Positions 1 through 10,872 of a stretch of DNA of 64,000 bases are shown one piece after another. This DNA is from Bacillota bacterium. Its GTDB lineage: Bacteria > Bacillota > Sulfobacillia > JAJZYS01 > JAJZLH01. The notes beneath the pieces are model-generated. The model ran no database searches, was not told the DNA's origin, and saw nothing but the letters and a program-made list of their open reading frames with translations. The DNA lies in contig JAJZLY010000005.1 in the NCBI GenBank assembly GCA_021850485.1, forward strand, positions 12,686 to 76,685, given 5' to 3'. Made by a program: the position numbers and the translations under genes. Each line of letters opens with the position of its first letter. Position 1 is the stretch's first letter.

Positions 1-2
1 AG

Positions 3-1139
3 CGCCACCTCGGCCCCAACTGGCCGGCCGCCTTTGTCGCGATCAGCGAGCCGGATTCGCCGCTGGCTGAGCAGGCCTCCCGCCAGGGCTGGCGAGCCAG
101 CCTGGCCAAGTCGCCCCAGCTGGGGAGGCGGTTTGCAGCCCTGGCCCCAGAAGGCTTGCTGCCGCTGGTCTTGCTCGGCCACGATCCGCGTCCTTTGGTG
201 GATCAGGCCGGCCAGATGTGGGATGAACTCGCACTCGGCCAAGACGCCGGTGCGGCCGAACTGGCCGCCCTGCTGACCGCGGCGGCCCGCAGCGGCCGGA
301 ACAAGGTCTCACTTTATGCGGACGGCGCCTTTCGCCGCTGGCCGGCCTGGCTGGAGATCCAGATCGCGGCCGCCTTGGGCCGCCAAGATCAAGGACTGGT
401 GCCGGTGGCCGGTGAGGGCATACGCCAAGGCTACGGGCCGGACCGGCTGTTCATCTCATTTAGCCGCAGCGAGTTGGTCCCGCTCGGCCAGCTGGCAGAG
501 GCGGGCCATCCGACGGCCCGCTTTCAGATCTCGGAGGCGACAGAATTGGGCCGTGAGATGGTGCGGTTTCAGGTTGCCCTGGCTGCGGTTTCGGCACTGG
601 TCGAAGCACCCCTGATCGGAGAGTATGCCGAAGGAGAGCTGGAGGCCGAAACGACCCGGCTGCTGGTGGGGCCAGAGGCTGCACCAACCGAGGCGGGCAG
701 GGGCGGCGGGGGACCAGAGCAGGCGATGCGGGAGATCGAGAAGATGGTTCACGCCCTAGGCGAAGGCGGCCACGTCCGGGTCAGCACCTACCTGGATCCC
801 GAGAGCGAGGCGGCTGTGGTTGAGTTTTGCGGCTGGCTCGGCGGGCTGACCATGGCGCCGGTCACGTACGGCACAGGGGTATGCGGCGTAGCGTCCGAGG
901 GCCAGTTCCATCCGCCCAACTGGCGTAGCGGTGTGTTCGTCCAACTGGTGGACACATCCGGCCAAGTCCCGATCCCTGGCCGCCCCTACGGCTTTTCGGA
1001 GCTGACCAGGGCCCAGGCGGCAGCCGAGCGCATGGCGCTGCAGCGGCGGGGCCGACCGGTCGTGACCGTTGAGCTGAATGAGGCCACGGCCGCCAGCGTG
1101 CGGCGTCTGGTCGAGCTGGTGCCGGCTTCCAGGAGGTAG
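3..1139 (+). CDS. Conserved hypothetical protein, 5' end outside window; immediately upstream of zwf, possibly G6PD-associated (OpcA-like?)
   Basis: Frame 3 is open from window start to TAA at 1137-1139. GC-rich codon usage matches neighbouring genes. No recognisable motif. Position directly upstream of zwf is the only functional hint. Confidence 0.4.
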   Translation, partial: RHLGPNWPAAFVAISEPDSPLAEQASRQGWRASLAKSPQLGRRFAALAPEGLLPLVLLGHDPRPLVDQAGQMWDELALGQDAGAAELAALLTAAARSGRNKVSLYADGAFRRWPAWLEIQIAAALGRQDQGLVPVAGEGIRQGYGPDRLFISFSRSELVPLGQLAEAGHPTARFQISEATELGREMVRFQVALAAVSALVEAPLIGEYAEGELEAETTRLLVGPEAAPTEAGRGGGGPEQAMREIEKMVHALGEGGHVRVSTYLDPESEAAVVEFCGWLGGLTMAPVTYGTGVCGVASEGQFHPPNWRSGVFVQLVDTSGQVPIPGRPYGFSELTRAQAAAERMALQRRGRPVVTVELNEATAASVRRLVELVPASRR

Positions 1140-1215
1140 CGAACATGATTGGATCGGCGAGCGACCCAGCACATCACCTTGGGCCGCATCGCGCCCACCG
1201 ACTGGGGATAGTGCG

Positions 1216-2607
1216 ATGACTCCGCTCACCATGATCGTGTTCGGCGCCACCGGCGACCTGGCCCGGCGCAAGCTCTATTCGGCCATCGCCCACAACATCC
1301 GCTCCGGCCTGTTGCCCAAGGACACCGCCGTGATCGGCATCTCCCGCCAGCAGATGGACGATGCGGCATTTGGTCAACTGGTGGCAGACAGTATCGGCGG
1401 TCCGTGGCCCGCCAGCTCTCGGCTGGCCTATGTGGCCGGTAGCGCCGATCAGCCAGACCTCTACCCGGACTTGTCGCAACGGCTGAAGGCAGCTCCTGGT
1501 CTGCATCTGTTTTATCTGGCCGTGCCCACGCACCTGATCTCGGCCGTGGTCGGCCGCCTGGCTGATGCCAAACTCGGTCGCAGCCGAGGCCGGGTGATCA
1601 TCGAGAAGCCGTTTGGCGTCGACGAGGCCTCAGCCCGCACCCTGAACCGGTCCGTGCACCGGGCCTTTGCCGAGGGGCAGATCTATCGCATCGATCACTA
1701 TCTGGGCAAGGAGACGGTGCAGAACATTCTGGTGTTTCGCTTCTCCAACGGCGTGATGGAACCGCTGTGGAACCGCGGCCAGATCGACCATGTGCAGATC
1801 ACGGCGGCGGAGACAATCGGCACCGAGGGCCGCTCCGACTACTACGATCATGCCGGTGCCCTGCGCGACATGGTGCAAAACCACCTGCTGCAGCTGGTGG
1901 CCCTAACCGCCATGGAGCCGCCGGCGGTGTTTTCGGCACAGGCGGTGCGCGACGAAAAGGTGAAGGTGCTGTCCGCCATCCGGCCGGTGCGCACCGAAGA
2001 CGCGGTGCGCGGGCAGTATCAACAGGGCCGCATCGACGGAGTGTCGGTGCAGGGCTACCAGCAAGAGGACGGGGTCGCCCCGGACTCCAGGCGAGAGACC
2101 TTTGCCGCCCTGCGCCTTTTTATCGACAATTGGCGGTGGTACGGGGTGCCGTTTTACCTGCGCACCGGCAAGCGCCTGCCCCAGCGCGCGACCCGCATCC
2201 AGGTGGTGTTCAAGCAGCCGCCCTTGGACCTGTTCGAAGGAGCAGCTCAGGCCAACGTGCTCTCCATCCATGTGCAGCCAGACGAGCGGATCAGCCTGGA
2301 GATCGGCGCCAAGCGGCCGGGGCTGGGCACCCACGTCGATCCGGTGGAGATGAACTTTGTCTATGCCACAAGTTTTCGCTCGGCATCTGCCGAAGCCTAC
2401 GAGCGGCTATTGGTGGACGCCACCTTGGGCGACCCCACCTTGTTCGCCCGTGAGGATGAGGTGGAAGCCGCCTGGCGGGCACTGGATCCCCTGGCCCAAC
2501 GCTGGGACAAGGAGGCCGCTTGTTTGCCGTACGCTGCCGGTTCTTGGGGACCGCAGGCGGCCACCGCCTTGATCGCTCGCGACGGCCGGCACTGGCTTGA
2601 CCCCTAG
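1216..2607 (+). CDS. zwf: Glucose-6-phosphate 1-dehydrogenase (copy 1)
   Basis: ATG at 1216 gives MTPLTMIVFGATGDLARRKL (NADP-binding GxxGDLA). Downstream IDHYLGKETVQNILVFRFSNGVMEPLWNR is the G6PD signature. About 463 aa. The track ORF 1078.. carries an N-terminal run-in. Confidence 0.9.
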   Translation: MTPLTMIVFGATGDLARRKLYSAIAHNIRSGLLPKDTAVIGISRQQMDDAAFGQLVADSIGGPWPASSRLAYVAGSADQPDLYPDLSQRLKAAPGLHLFYLAVPTHLISAVVGRLADAKLGRSRGRVIIEKPFGVDEASARTLNRSVHRAFAEGQIYRIDHYLGKETVQNILVFRFSNGVMEPLWNRGQIDHVQITAAETIGTEGRSDYYDHAGALRDMVQNHLLQLVALTAMEPPAVFSAQAVRDEKVKVLSAIRPVRTEDAVRGQYQQGRIDGVSVQGYQQEDGVAPDSRRETFAALRLFIDNWRWYGVPFYLRTGKRLPQRATRIQVVFKQPPLDLFEGAAQANVLSIHVQPDERISLEIGAKRPGLGTHVDPVEMNFVYATSFRSASAEAYERLLVDATLGDPTLFAREDEVEAAWRALDPLAQRWDKEAACLPYAAGSWGPQAATALIARDGRHWLDP

Positions 2608-2622
2608 GTGCCTGCCCCAGCG

Positions 2623-2631
2623 TGTTATAAT
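2623..2631 (+). promoter_or_regulatory. Extended -10 promoter element (TGTTATAAT) upstream of tig
   Basis: tgt tataat sits at 2623-2631, about 35 nt upstream of the tig GTG start. No well-spaced -35 (TTGACC lies 23 nt upstream). Confidence 0.35.
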
Positions 2632-2666
2632 GCACTTCCGCAATCGTATGAAAGTGGGGCCGAGCG

Positions 2667-3845
2667 GTGAAGGTAGCGAGCCAATCTTTGTCCGATCACG
2701 AGACGGCAATTCAGATCACAGTCGAGCCAGACCGCATGGAGCAGGCCATGGATGCGGCCTACAAGCGGCTGGTCAAGAGGTACAAGATTCCCGGATTTAG
2801 GCCGGGCCGGGCGCCGCGCAGCGTGTTCGAGCGCCACGTCGGGCGAGAGGCGCTGTGGGACGAAGCGGTGGAGGCGGTGATTCCCACTGCCTACCGCCAA
2901 GCGCTGAAGGAGACGGGCATCGAACCGTACGAGGAGGGCCGGGTAGACAGCCTGACCCCGGGAGACGATGGCAGCCTCAGCTTCCAGGCCAAGGTTTTTC
3001 GCAAGCCCAAGGTAGCGTTGCCGCCAGTGGAAGGGCTCAAACTGCCGCCGCCCTCTGCGCCGGCGGGTTCGCTCGAGGAAGAGGTGGACGCCACCATCAC
3101 CGACCTGCGGCGGCGGTCGGCGGCACTGGTGCCGACCGAGGTGGCCGGCGAAGATTCGGTGGTGGTGGTCTCCGGACAGATCAGCGGCTCTGGTGAACCG
3201 GAGAGCTTTGAGAACACGGAACTGGCGCTCACGGACGCCATCGCCGAGGTGCGGGCCGCTTTGCTCGGAGCCAAGATCGGAGACGTCCGCCAAGCCTCCT
3301 ATGATGCAGGCGACGGGAAGCGTGATGCCGTCTTCACGGTCAGCCGAGTTGCCAACCCGGACTGGCCAGAACTGGACGAGGCGTTTGCACAGGCCCAAGG
3401 CTACCCCAGCCTGGAGGAGATGCGGACGGCGCTCACGAATTACCTTACAGAAGCCCGTCAGCGTCGGCTCGAGGAAGCGCGGGCGACCGAGGTCTTTGAT
3501 GCCATCTTGGCCGCTTCCGATGTGGAAGTGCCCGGCTTTTTGGTGGACCGTGAGGTCGAGCACCAGCAAAGTCACCACGACCGGCAAGAGGAACCACTCG
3601 AGGGACTCCAGAAGGAGGCGCTGGAGGCGGTTCGGCGCACGCTGGTGACCGAGGCGCTGATCGAACAGGCCAATGCGCGGGTCAGCCAGGCGGAACTGGA
3701 AACCGCTGCCCAAGCGGTCTCCCAACGAGAGCGGCGCAAGCTGACCGAGGATGAATTGCGGACGTTGGCTCGGATTTTGATCGACCGCAAACTGACGACA
3801 TACCTTGCCCGTCTTGGCCAGGAGGCCCAGCCGGCAGAATCCTGA
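2667..3845 (+). CDS. tig: Trigger factor (ribosome-associated PPIase chaperone)
   Basis: GTG start. [37 protein letters not shown] is the typical trigger factor N-domain. tig-clpP-clpX synteny. Confidence 0.9.
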   Translation: MKVASQSLSDHETAIQITVEPDRMEQAMDAAYKRLVKRYKIPGFRPGRAPRSVFERHVGREALWDEAVEAVIPTAYRQALKETGIEPYEEGRVDSLTPGDDGSLSFQAKVFRKPKVALPPVEGLKLPPPSAPAGSLEEEVDATITDLRRRSAALVPTEVAGEDSVVVVSGQISGSGEPESFENTELALTDAIAEVRAALLGAKIGDVRQASYDAGDGKRDAVFTVSRVANPDWPELDEAFAQAQGYPSLEEMRTALTNYLTEARQRRLEEARATEVFDAILAASDVEVPGFLVDREVEHQQSHHDRQEEPLEGLQKEALEAVRRTLVTEALIEQANARVSQAELETAAQAVSQRERRKLTEDELRTLARILIDRKLTTYLARLGQEAQPAES

Positions 3846-3859
3846 GGAGGGAACGTCCA

Positions 3860-4468
3860 GTGGGCTACTACGTGCCGATGGTGGTGGAGCAGACCAATCG
3901 CGGGGAGCGCGCCTACGACATCTACTCGCGCCTGCTCAAGGAGCGGATCATCTTCCTGGGTACGGTGATCGACGACCAGGTGGCGAACTTGGTCATCGCC
4001 CAGCTATTGTTCTTGGAGTCGGACGACCCGGAAAAAGATGTCCATCTCTATATCAACAGCCCTGGCGGGTCGATTGACGCCGGGCTCGGCATCTACGACA
4101 CCATGCAGTACATCAAACCGCAGGTGGAGACCATCTGTGTGGGCATGGCGGCGTCGATGGGAGCCGTGCTGTTGGCCGGTGGTGCTCCCGGCAAGAGGCT
4201 CGCCCTGCCGCACTCCAGGATCATGATCCACGAGGCGGCAGCCGGGAACATCGGCGGCAAGGTCTCAGATGTGGAGATCTACGCCAAAGAGCTGAGAAAG
4301 GCCCAGGAAGTGATCAGCCAGATCCTCTCCCGGCACACCGGCAAGACTTTCGAGGCCGTGATGAAGGACACCGAGCAGGACAAGTTCATGAGTTGCGACG
4401 AGGCCAAGGAGTACGGGCTGATCGACGAGATCCTCACACCGAGGCTCTTGGGTGGCCAGGGGGGCTAG
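3860..4468 (+). CDS. clpP: ATP-dependent Clp protease proteolytic subunit
   Basis: [34 protein letters not shown]...[11 protein letters not shown] (Ser/His/Asp ClpP motifs). 202 aa. RBS gaggaggg upstream. Confidence 0.95.
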   Translation: MGYYVPMVVEQTNRGERAYDIYSRLLKERIIFLGTVIDDQVANLVIAQLLFLESDDPEKDVHLYINSPGGSIDAGLGIYDTMQYIKPQVETICVGMAASMGAVLLAGGAPGKRLALPHSRIMIHEAAAGNIGGKVSDVEIYAKELRKAQEVISQILSRHTGKTFEAVMKDTEQDKFMSCDEAKEYGLIDEILTPRLLGGQGG

Positions 4469-4471
4469 CAG

Positions 4472-5743
4472 ATGTTCAAGTTCACGGACGAAAAGGGGCA
4501 GCTGAAATGCTCCTTTTGCGGCAAATACCAAGAGCAGGTCAAGCGGCTGATCGCTGGGCCTGGCGTGTACATCTGCGACGAGTGTGTGGAACTTTGCTCC
4601 GAGATCATCCAAGAGGAGCTTGGCGAAGAACTCGAGGTCGAGCTCAAGAACGTACCCAAGCCGCATGAGATCAACGGCATCTTGGACCAGTACGTGATCG
4701 GTCAGGGGCGGGCCAAGCGCAACCTTTCGGTGGCGGTGTACAACCATTACAAGCGGGTGAATCTGGGCGCCAAGATCGGCGATGTGGAACTGCAAAAGTC
4801 AAACATCGTGATGCTGGGTCCGACCGGCTCCGGCAAGACGCTGTTGGCCCAGACCCTGGCCCGCATTTTGAACGTGCCCTTCGCCATCGCCGACGCCACC
4901 TCGCTGACCGAGGCGGGCTACGTCGGCGAAGATGTGGAGAACATCTTGCTGAAGCTGATCCAGTCCGCCGACTACGACATCGAGAAGGCGGAAAAGGGCA
5001 TCGTGTACATCGATGAGGTGGACAAGATCGCCAGGAAGGCGGAGAACCCCTCGATCACCCGGGACGTATCCGGCGAGGGCGTGCAGCAGGCGCTGCTCAA
5101 AATCCTGGAGGGGACCACCGCTTCGGTGCCGCCGCAGGGCGGGCGCAAGCACCCGCACCAGGAATTCATCCAGATCGACACCACCAATATCTTGTTCATC
5201 TGTGGCGGCGCCTTCGATGGCCTAGAGAAGATCATCCTGAACCGGGTCGGCAAGAAGGGATTGGGCTTTGGGGCTGACCTGCAAGACGAGGATTTGCGCC
5301 GGCAGCGCGGTCAGATTCTGGCTCAGGTGCTTCCCGAGGACCTGCTCAAGTTCGGGCTGATCCCGGAATTCGTCGGCCGCCTGCCGGTGATCGTCACCCT
5401 CGACCCGCTGACCGAAGAGGATTTGGTCCGCATCCTGGTCGAGCCGAAAAATGCGCTGATCAAGCAGTTTCAAAAGCTGTTGGAGCTGGATCAGGTGGAT
5501 CTCGAGTTCACCGACGGCTCGCTCAGCGCCGTGGCGATCGAGGCCATCAAGCGCAAGACCGGAGCCCGCGGCCTGCGGGCCATCATTGAGGACATCATGC
5601 TGGACGTCATGTACGAGGTGCCGGCCCGCAAGGAAATCACCAAGTGCGTGATCACGCCCGAGGTGGTGTCCAAGCGAGAGGCCCCCTTGCTGGTGACGGC
5701 GGAGCGAAAGACCAGCAAAAAGAAGCAAGAAGAGTCCGCCTGA
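4472..5743 (+). CDS. clpX: ATP-dependent Clp protease ATP-binding subunit ClpX
   Basis: N-terminal zinc finger CSFCGK...CDEC. Walker [23 protein letters not shown] Walker B. 423 aa. Confidence 0.95.
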   Translation: MFKFTDEKGQLKCSFCGKYQEQVKRLIAGPGVYICDECVELCSEIIQEELGEELEVELKNVPKPHEINGILDQYVIGQGRAKRNLSVAVYNHYKRVNLGAKIGDVELQKSNIVMLGPTGSGKTLLAQTLARILNVPFAIADATSLTEAGYVGEDVENILLKLIQSADYDIEKAEKGIVYIDEVDKIARKAENPSITRDVSGEGVQQALLKILEGTTASVPPQGGRKHPHQEFIQIDTTNILFICGGAFDGLEKIILNRVGKKGLGFGADLQDEDLRRQRGQILAQVLPEDLLKFGLIPEFVGRLPVIVTLDPLTEEDLVRILVEPKNALIKQFQKLLELDQVDLEFTDGSLSAVAIEAIKRKTGARGLRAIIEDIMLDVMYEVPARKEITKCVITPEVVSKREAPLLVTAERKTSKKKQEESA

Positions 5744-5769
5744 GCGGCTGAAGTTCGCACGACCCAAGC

Positions 5770-5800
5770 AGGCCGGGGCATTTGTCCCGGCCTGCCCCTT
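5770..5800 (+). terminator. Rho-independent terminator after clpX
   Basis: Stem aggccgggg / ccccggcct with loop catttgt, followed by gcccctttgc. Confidence 0.45.
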
Positions 5801-5960
5801 TGCTGGTCGCCGGAATGGAGCGGAGAGCTGACCATCACGTGCCGGCGCCTGGTTGCGAAGCGCAGAATATGTACTCGCGGGCATGATAGAGGTCAGTTCC
5901 ATAATGATTTGATATAGATATAATGGACTATCGGCGCGGTGGGCAGAGAGAGGGAATGGC

Positions 5961-8750
5961 GTGGGCCGCGACTCAGACTTCTCCGGTCCGAACCTGGCGG
6001 CGGTGCGTGAACTGTACGAGCGCTATCGCCGAGATCCGGCGGCAGTGGACGCCGAAAGCCGTGCCTTTTTCGCCGCGCACGACGGCGAGAGCTGGCTGGC
6101 AGGAGAACCCAGCGCGACCGGGATTGCGGCCGAGGTCGATCTGCGCGCGGTGGTGGGCACCGCCCGCCTCGCCCGCAATATTCGCGAGTACGGGCACCTT
6201 GCGGCCGACGTCAATCCGCTGGCGGCTCCCAAGCGAGCCCTCACCTTGCAGCCCCAGACGCACGGCGTCAGCGAGGTAGCGCTGGCCGGGCTGCCGGGCA
6301 GCATCGTTTGGCCGGACGACCCCCGCGGCCAGCACAGCGCCGATCAGGCGATCGATCAGCTGCGCCAGCTGTACTCTGGGCCGATCGGCTTCGACTTCGC
6401 CCATGTCGACGCCCTGGCGGAGCGGCAGTGGCTGCGCCAGGCGGCCGAAGATCACACCATGGCCGTTCACCTGACTGCCGAGGCCGAGCGGGCCCTGCTG
6501 GCCCGGCTGACCTGGGTGGAAGGGCTGGAACGCTTTTTGCACCAGACCTTCGTCGGTCAAAAGCGCTTCTCGATCGAAGGCACCGACATGCTGGTGCCGA
6601 TGCTGGATCAGTTGATCGCAGACGCCGTGGCGCAAGGGGTGCGCGCCGTGTTCATCGGCATGGCGCACCGCGGCCGGCTGAATGTGCTGGCCCACGTCTT
6701 GGGCAAGCCGTATGCCACCATCTTCTCTGAATTTCACGGCGAGGGCGGCCACCCCAGCCACGAAATCGACATGAGCCAGGGCTGGTCCGGAGACGTCAAG
6801 TACCACCTCGGGCGCCGGCGCACGATTCAGGGACAGGGCGCGGTCGAGGTGCGGGTGGCACTCGCCAACAACCCGTCGCATCTCGAATTCGTGAATCCGG
6901 TGGTGGCGGGGCTGACCCGTGCCGCTCAGGAGGACCGGCACCAGCCCGGCCCCCCTGGCCAAGACCCGGCGCGCGCCCTGGCCATCACCATCCACGGCGA
7001 CGCTGCCTACCCCGGTGAGGGGGTGGTCGCCGAGACGTTGAACCTGTCTCGGCTTTCGGGCTACAGCACCGGCGGCACCGTGCACATCGTGCTGAACAAC
7101 CAGATCGGGTTTACCACCGAGCCTGAAGACGGCCGCTCCACCCGCTACGCCGCCGACCTCTCCAAGGGCTTTGAAATCCCCATCTTGCATGTCAACGCCG
7201 ACCATCCGCGCGCCTGCCTGGAGGCGATCCGGATCGCCCACGCCTATCGCTCGACCTTCGGCAAAGACGTCTTGGTCGATCTGATCGGCTATCGTCGCTG
7301 GGGCCACAACGAGGGCGATGATCCGGCGTACACGCAGCCGGTGATGAGCCGGGAGATCGCCAGCCATCCGACGGTGCGCGCCTTATGGGCGCTGCAACTG
7401 GCCGAGGCCGGGGTGATCGGGGCTGACGAGGCGGCGGCGCTGGAGGCACAGGTGTCGTCGGCCCTGCACGACGCACAGACGGCGGGTCTCGCTCAAGTCG
7501 AGCCGGAGGCACAGGCCGGGCCCATTTCCGAGCCGAAAACCGCTGTGCCAGAAGGGCTGCTCCGCCAGTTGCAGATGGCGCTGCTCGACCTGCCGAAGGA
7601 CTTTCACGTCAACCCCAAGCTGGCCCGGTTGTTGCTCGACCGACGGCGCGAAGCGCTGGACAAGCCAGGTGCCATCGATTGGGCGCAGGCCGAGGAGTTG
7701 GCCTTCGCCAGCCTGCTGGCAGACGGTGTACCGATTCGGCTGAGCGGCCAGGACTCACTGCGCGGCACCTTCAGCCAGCGCCATCTGGCCCTCTTCGATG
7801 CCGAGGACGGGCACCGCTTCATCCCCTTGCAGGCCATCTCTCAGGCCACAGCCGCCTTCAGCGCGTACAACAGCCCCCTGTCCGAGGCGGCAGTGCTCGG
7901 CTTTGAGTACGGCTACGGGCTGGAGGCGGCGGGAACGTTGGTCTTGTGGGAGGCGCAGTTCGGTGACTTCGCCAACGCCGGTCAGGTGATCATCGACCAG
8001 TTCATCTCAGCCGGCTGGGCCAAGTGGCGGGAAACATCCGGCCTGGTATTGCTTCTGCCGCACGGCTATGAGGGACAGGGCCCGGAACACTCCAGCGCCC
8101 GTTTGGAACGCTATCTGCAGCTGGCAGCCGAGGGCAATTTGACGGTGGCCAATGCCACCACCGCCGCCCAGTATTTTCATCTGCTCCGTCGCCAGGCAGC
8201 CAGCCTGGGCGGCCAGCCGCGGCCGCTGATCCTGATGGCGCCAAAAAGCCTGCTCCGCCATCCGCTGGCTGGGGCAAGCCTCAGCGACCTCGCCCAGGGC
8301 CAGTTTCAACCGGTGCTGGCCAGCGCCTCAGAGCCAGACCAGGTGCGGCGGGTGGTGATCGGCTCGGGCAAGGTGATGGTCGACTTGGAGATGGCCCTGG
8401 CCGAGCGTGAAGCCAGCACAGAGCTTGCCACCTTGCGCCTGGAGCAGATCGCACCCTTTCCGACTGCAGCCGTGCAGGCTCACCTGAGCAGCTTTAGCCG
8501 CCTGCAAGACGTGGTCTGGGTGCAAGAGGAGCCAGCCAACATGGGGGCATACAGCTTCGTCCGGCAGCCGATTGAGTCGCTTCTGACGGCGGGGGTCTCC
8601 TTCAGCTATGCTGGCCGCCCGCCGCGGGCCGCTACCGCAGAAGGGGATCCCGATGTCCATCAGGTCGAGCAGCGCCGGCTGATCGACCAGGCGCTGGGCA
8701 AGGCCGTGTCCTTGGCCGGAAGCAAGGGAGGCACCAAGCGTGGCCACTGA
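5961..8750 (+). CDS. sucA: 2-oxoglutarate dehydrogenase E1 component
   Basis: 929 aa. [20 protein letters not shown]-terminus. ThDP-binding region. Followed by the E2 gene. AT-rich putative promoter at about 5880-5940. Confidence 0.9.
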   Translation: MGRDSDFSGPNLAAVRELYERYRRDPAAVDAESRAFFAAHDGESWLAGEPSATGIAAEVDLRAVVGTARLARNIREYGHLAADVNPLAAPKRALTLQPQTHGVSEVALAGLPGSIVWPDDPRGQHSADQAIDQLRQLYSGPIGFDFAHVDALAERQWLRQAAEDHTMAVHLTAEAERALLARLTWVEGLERFLHQTFVGQKRFSIEGTDMLVPMLDQLIADAVAQGVRAVFIGMAHRGRLNVLAHVLGKPYATIFSEFHGEGGHPSHEIDMSQGWSGDVKYHLGRRRTIQGQGAVEVRVALANNPSHLEFVNPVVAGLTRAAQEDRHQPGPPGQDPARALAITIHGDAAYPGEGVVAETLNLSRLSGYSTGGTVHIVLNNQIGFTTEPEDGRSTRYAADLSKGFEIPILHVNADHPRACLEAIRIAHAYRSTFGKDVLVDLIGYRRWGHNEGDDPAYTQPVMSREIASHPTVRALWALQLAEAGVIGADEAAALEAQVSSALHDAQTAGLAQVEPEAQAGPISEPKTAVPEGLLRQLQMALLDLPKDFHVNPKLARLLLDRRREALDKPGAIDWAQAEELAFASLLADGVPIRLSGQDSLRGTFSQRHLALFDAEDGHRFIPLQAISQATAAFSAYNSPLSEAAVLGFEYGYGLEAAGTLVLWEAQFGDFANAGQVIIDQFISAGWAKWRETSGLVLLLPHGYEGQGPEHSSARLERYLQLAAEGNLTVANATTAAQYFHLLRRQAASLGGQPRPLILMAPKSLLRHPLAGASLSDLAQGQFQPVLASASEPDQVRRVVIGSGKVMVDLEMALAEREASTELATLRLEQIAPFPTAAVQAHLSSFSRLQDVVWVQEEPANMGAYSFVRQPIESLLTAGVSFSYAGRPPRAATAEGDPDVHQVEQRRLIDQALGKAVSLAGSKGGTKRGH

Positions 8751-9951
8751 CATCCGGGTGCCGGAGATGGGGGAGTCCGTGACCGAGGCCTCGATCGCCA
8801 ATTGGCTAAAACAGATCGGCGAGTCGGTGGCGGCCGGTGAGGCGGTGGTGGAACTGGAGACGGACAAGGTGAATTTGGAGGTGCCCTCGCCGGTGGCGGG
8901 CGTCCTGACCTCTCAGGATGCTGCCGCTGGGGACATCGTGCGCCCGGGTGACCTATTGGCCACGGTGGCGGCAGGGGTGGTGGCCGAGGCGCCGCCGGCC
9001 GCGGTCAGGGAACCTGAAAAGACGCCGCCAGCCGTGGCGGAGGCAAGCGCTCCGACCGTAGCGGCCGTGGCAGCCCACGCTTCGGCTGTGGCACCGCCGG
9101 CTGCTCCGGCCATTCGCCAGTTGGCCAGGGCGCAAGGAGTAGACCTGACGGCTTTGGCCGGCAGTGGGCCGTCCGGACGCATTCAGCGGGAGGATCTGGT
9201 CCCGGTGCCGCCGGTGCCGGCCGCACCTGCGGCTGTGGCTGCGCCAGGCGAAGAGGTGGTAGAGCGGCAGAAGATGTCGCGCCGCCGTCAGACCATCGCC
9301 AAACGGCTGGTCGAGGCCCAGCACACGGCGGCGATGCTGACCACCTTCAATGAGGTGGACATGAGCCGGGTGATGGCGATCCGCAGCCAGTACAAAGACG
9401 CCTTCAAGGAGCGCTATGGCGTCTCTTTGGGCTTCATGTCGTTTTTCACCAGGGCCACCGTTGAGGCGCTGAAAGCTTTTCCCCGCCTGAATGCCGAGGT
9501 GTCTGGCGATGAGATCTGGCTCAAGCGCTACTACCACATCGGAGTGGCCGTCTCCACTGAAGAGGGGCTGGTCGTGCCGGTGGTCCGGCACGCCGATCAG
9601 CTGACCTTCGCCGGGATCGAGCGAGAAATCCAGCGCCTGGCGAAGCGGGCTAGGGAGCGCGAACTCACCATCGCCGACCTGCAAGGCGGCACCTTCACCA
9701 TCACGAACGGCGGTGTGTTCGGTTCATTGTTTTCCACGCCGATCCTCAATCAGCCGGAGGTTGGCATTCTCGGCATGCATACCATCCAGGAGCGGCCGGT
9801 GGCGGTGAAAGGCCAGGTGGAGGTGCGTCCGATGATGTACCTCGCCGTCACCTACGACCACCGGATCGTGGACGGGGCGGAGGCCGTGCAGTTTTTGGTG
9901 CACATCAAGAATCAGCTGGAGTCTCCAGAACGCCTGCTGCTCGAGATCTAG
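8740..9951 (+). CDS. sucB: Dihydrolipoamide succinyltransferase (2-oxoglutarate dehydrogenase E2)
   Basis: Lipoyl domain ([26 protein letters not shown]...ETDKV). Ala/Pro linker. Catalytic domain with [11 protein letters not shown]. Overlaps the sucA stop. Confidence 0.9.
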   Translation: MATDIRVPEMGESVTEASIANWLKQIGESVAAGEAVVELETDKVNLEVPSPVAGVLTSQDAAAGDIVRPGDLLATVAAGVVAEAPPAAVREPEKTPPAVAEASAPTVAAVAAHASAVAPPAAPAIRQLARAQGVDLTALAGSGPSGRIQREDLVPVPPVPAAPAAVAAPGEEVVERQKMSRRRQTIAKRLVEAQHTAAMLTTFNEVDMSRVMAIRSQYKDAFKERYGVSLGFMSFFTRATVEALKAFPRLNAEVSGDEIWLKRYYHIGVAVSTEEGLVVPVVRHADQLTFAGIEREIQRLAKRARERELTIADLQGGTFTITNGGVFGSLFSTPILNQPEVGILGMHTIQERPVAVKGQVEVRPMMYLAVTYDHRIVDGAEAVQFLVHIKNQLESPERLLLEI

Positions 9952-10008
9952 ATCAGCCGGCAGCGCTGGCTGGGTGACGAGGGTACTCTTGTGGCTCCGT
10001 GTGTCGGA

Positions 10009-10428
10009 TCACAGTCGCCAGTCGGCCAAGGCGATGGCCTGCACACCGTGCACCGACTGGTATCCGCGGTCTGCGGTCAGAATGCGACTGATCCCAGCCG
10101 TCTGCATCACCGCCAGGTGAATGGTGTCTCGCGGAGAGAGTGCGGGATGCGCTGCCAGCAAAGTGCGAGCCGTTCGCACATCCGCCTCTGTGACGGGCAA
10201 GATCCATCCGCGCATTAGGTCGCAGTATGCATCGAAAATGCGCATGCCCTTTTGCATCTCGTGAACGGCGTCGTAGCGGTACAAAATCTCCTGTTGGACC
10301 TCCGAATCCGTGCGCGCGGCCAACTTCCCGGCCGCAATGGCGCCAAGAGCTGCTCGGGCGTGCTCTCTGAGCGGGTGGGGACGACCGGCGGCGTACATGG
10401 GTACGTTGGTGTCGATGAAGATGCTCAC
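10009..10428 (-). CDS. vapC: Type II toxin VapC (PIN-domain ribonuclease)
   Basis: MSIFIDTNVPMYAAG... with PIN acidic residues. 139 aa. Overlaps the upstream antitoxin by 4 nt. Confidence 0.85.
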   Translation of the reverse strand: MSIFIDTNVPMYAAGRPHPLREHARAALGAIAAGKLAARTDSEVQQEILYRYDAVHEMQKGMRIFDAYCDLMRGWILPVTEADVRTARTLLAAHPALSPRDTIHLAVMQTAGISRILTADRGYQSVHGVQAIALADWRL

Positions 10429-10664
10429 TTGAGCCGTCCCTCGGTGATCTCACGCTTCATCTGCTCCCACTCGGACACCGGGGCGTCCACTGCGAATAGG
10501 CGATCGGCCGCGTCCTGGCGCCGTTGGTCCTGCATTCCGTACGTTTCCCAAAGAGCCTCCCGGACAATTTTGCCCATGGAAGCGCCTCGTCGGGCGGCCT
10601 CTGCCTGAACCAGCGCGTACTCGTCCCCGGACAGCCGAATCTCCAGTCGCTGGGAGTGTGCCAC
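10425..10664 (-). CDS. vapB: Type II antitoxin VapB (ribbon-helix-helix/CopG-like)
   Basis: 79 aa. RLEIRLSGDEYALVQAEAARRGASMGKIVREAL is an RHH fold. GTG start. Immediately upstream of vapC. Confidence 0.75.
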   Translation of the reverse strand: MAHSQRLEIRLSGDEYALVQAEAARRGASMGKIVREALWETYGMQDQRRQDAADRLFAVDAPVSEWEQMKREITEGRLK

Positions 10665-10677
10665 GACCTCACCTCGA

Positions 10678-10729
10678 GATAAAATTACGGCATACGGTAC
10701 CGTATGTCGTAATTTTATCTCCGTCTCAC
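10678..10729. promoter_or_regulatory. 52-bp near-perfect palindrome, putative VapB operator/promoter
   Basis: gataaaattacggcatacg GTAC cgtatgtcgtaattttatc has one mismatch between its arms. It lies 14 nt upstream of the vapB start. Confidence 0.5.
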
Positions 10730-10872
10730 GCCTCTATCAACCCTAGGGCCGAGCATCTTGAGCCCGACGCGCTCAGGAGTATGACCCAGCCAGACGCGTC
10801 TAACGGACACCGGTAAGCTACACGATAGCGTTCGATCCTTTGAATGCGGCGGCGATGGCGCTGGATCAGCCG

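Noticed and set aside
3-1139. Assignment as OpcA (G6PD assembly protein)
   Set aside because: Only positional evidence (upstream, not downstream, of zwf). No motif recognised. Kept as hypothetical.
1078-1215. N-terminal 46 codons of the zwf track ORF (and similar run-ins for folC 28067, radC 29697, mreB 30554, rng 37165, PIG-L 22541, aldose epimerase 50855)
   Set aside because: The upstream extensions overlap preceding genes and lack homology. Internal starts with RBSs give canonical N-termini.
5973-7367. 464-aa minus-strand ORF (and many other long antisense ORFs, e.g. 15719..16915, 30692..31777, 57395..58438, 59273..60145)
   Set aside because: They are antisense to well-supported genes (sucA, lon, mreB, zwf, hom) and have Arg/Gly/Pro-rich composition. 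They are typical open-frame artefacts of high-GC DNA.
9953-10008. Possible terminator hairpin cagcc-ggcagcgct-ggctg after sucB
   Set aside because: The stem is short and has no U-tract. The vapC gene converges here. Not convincing.
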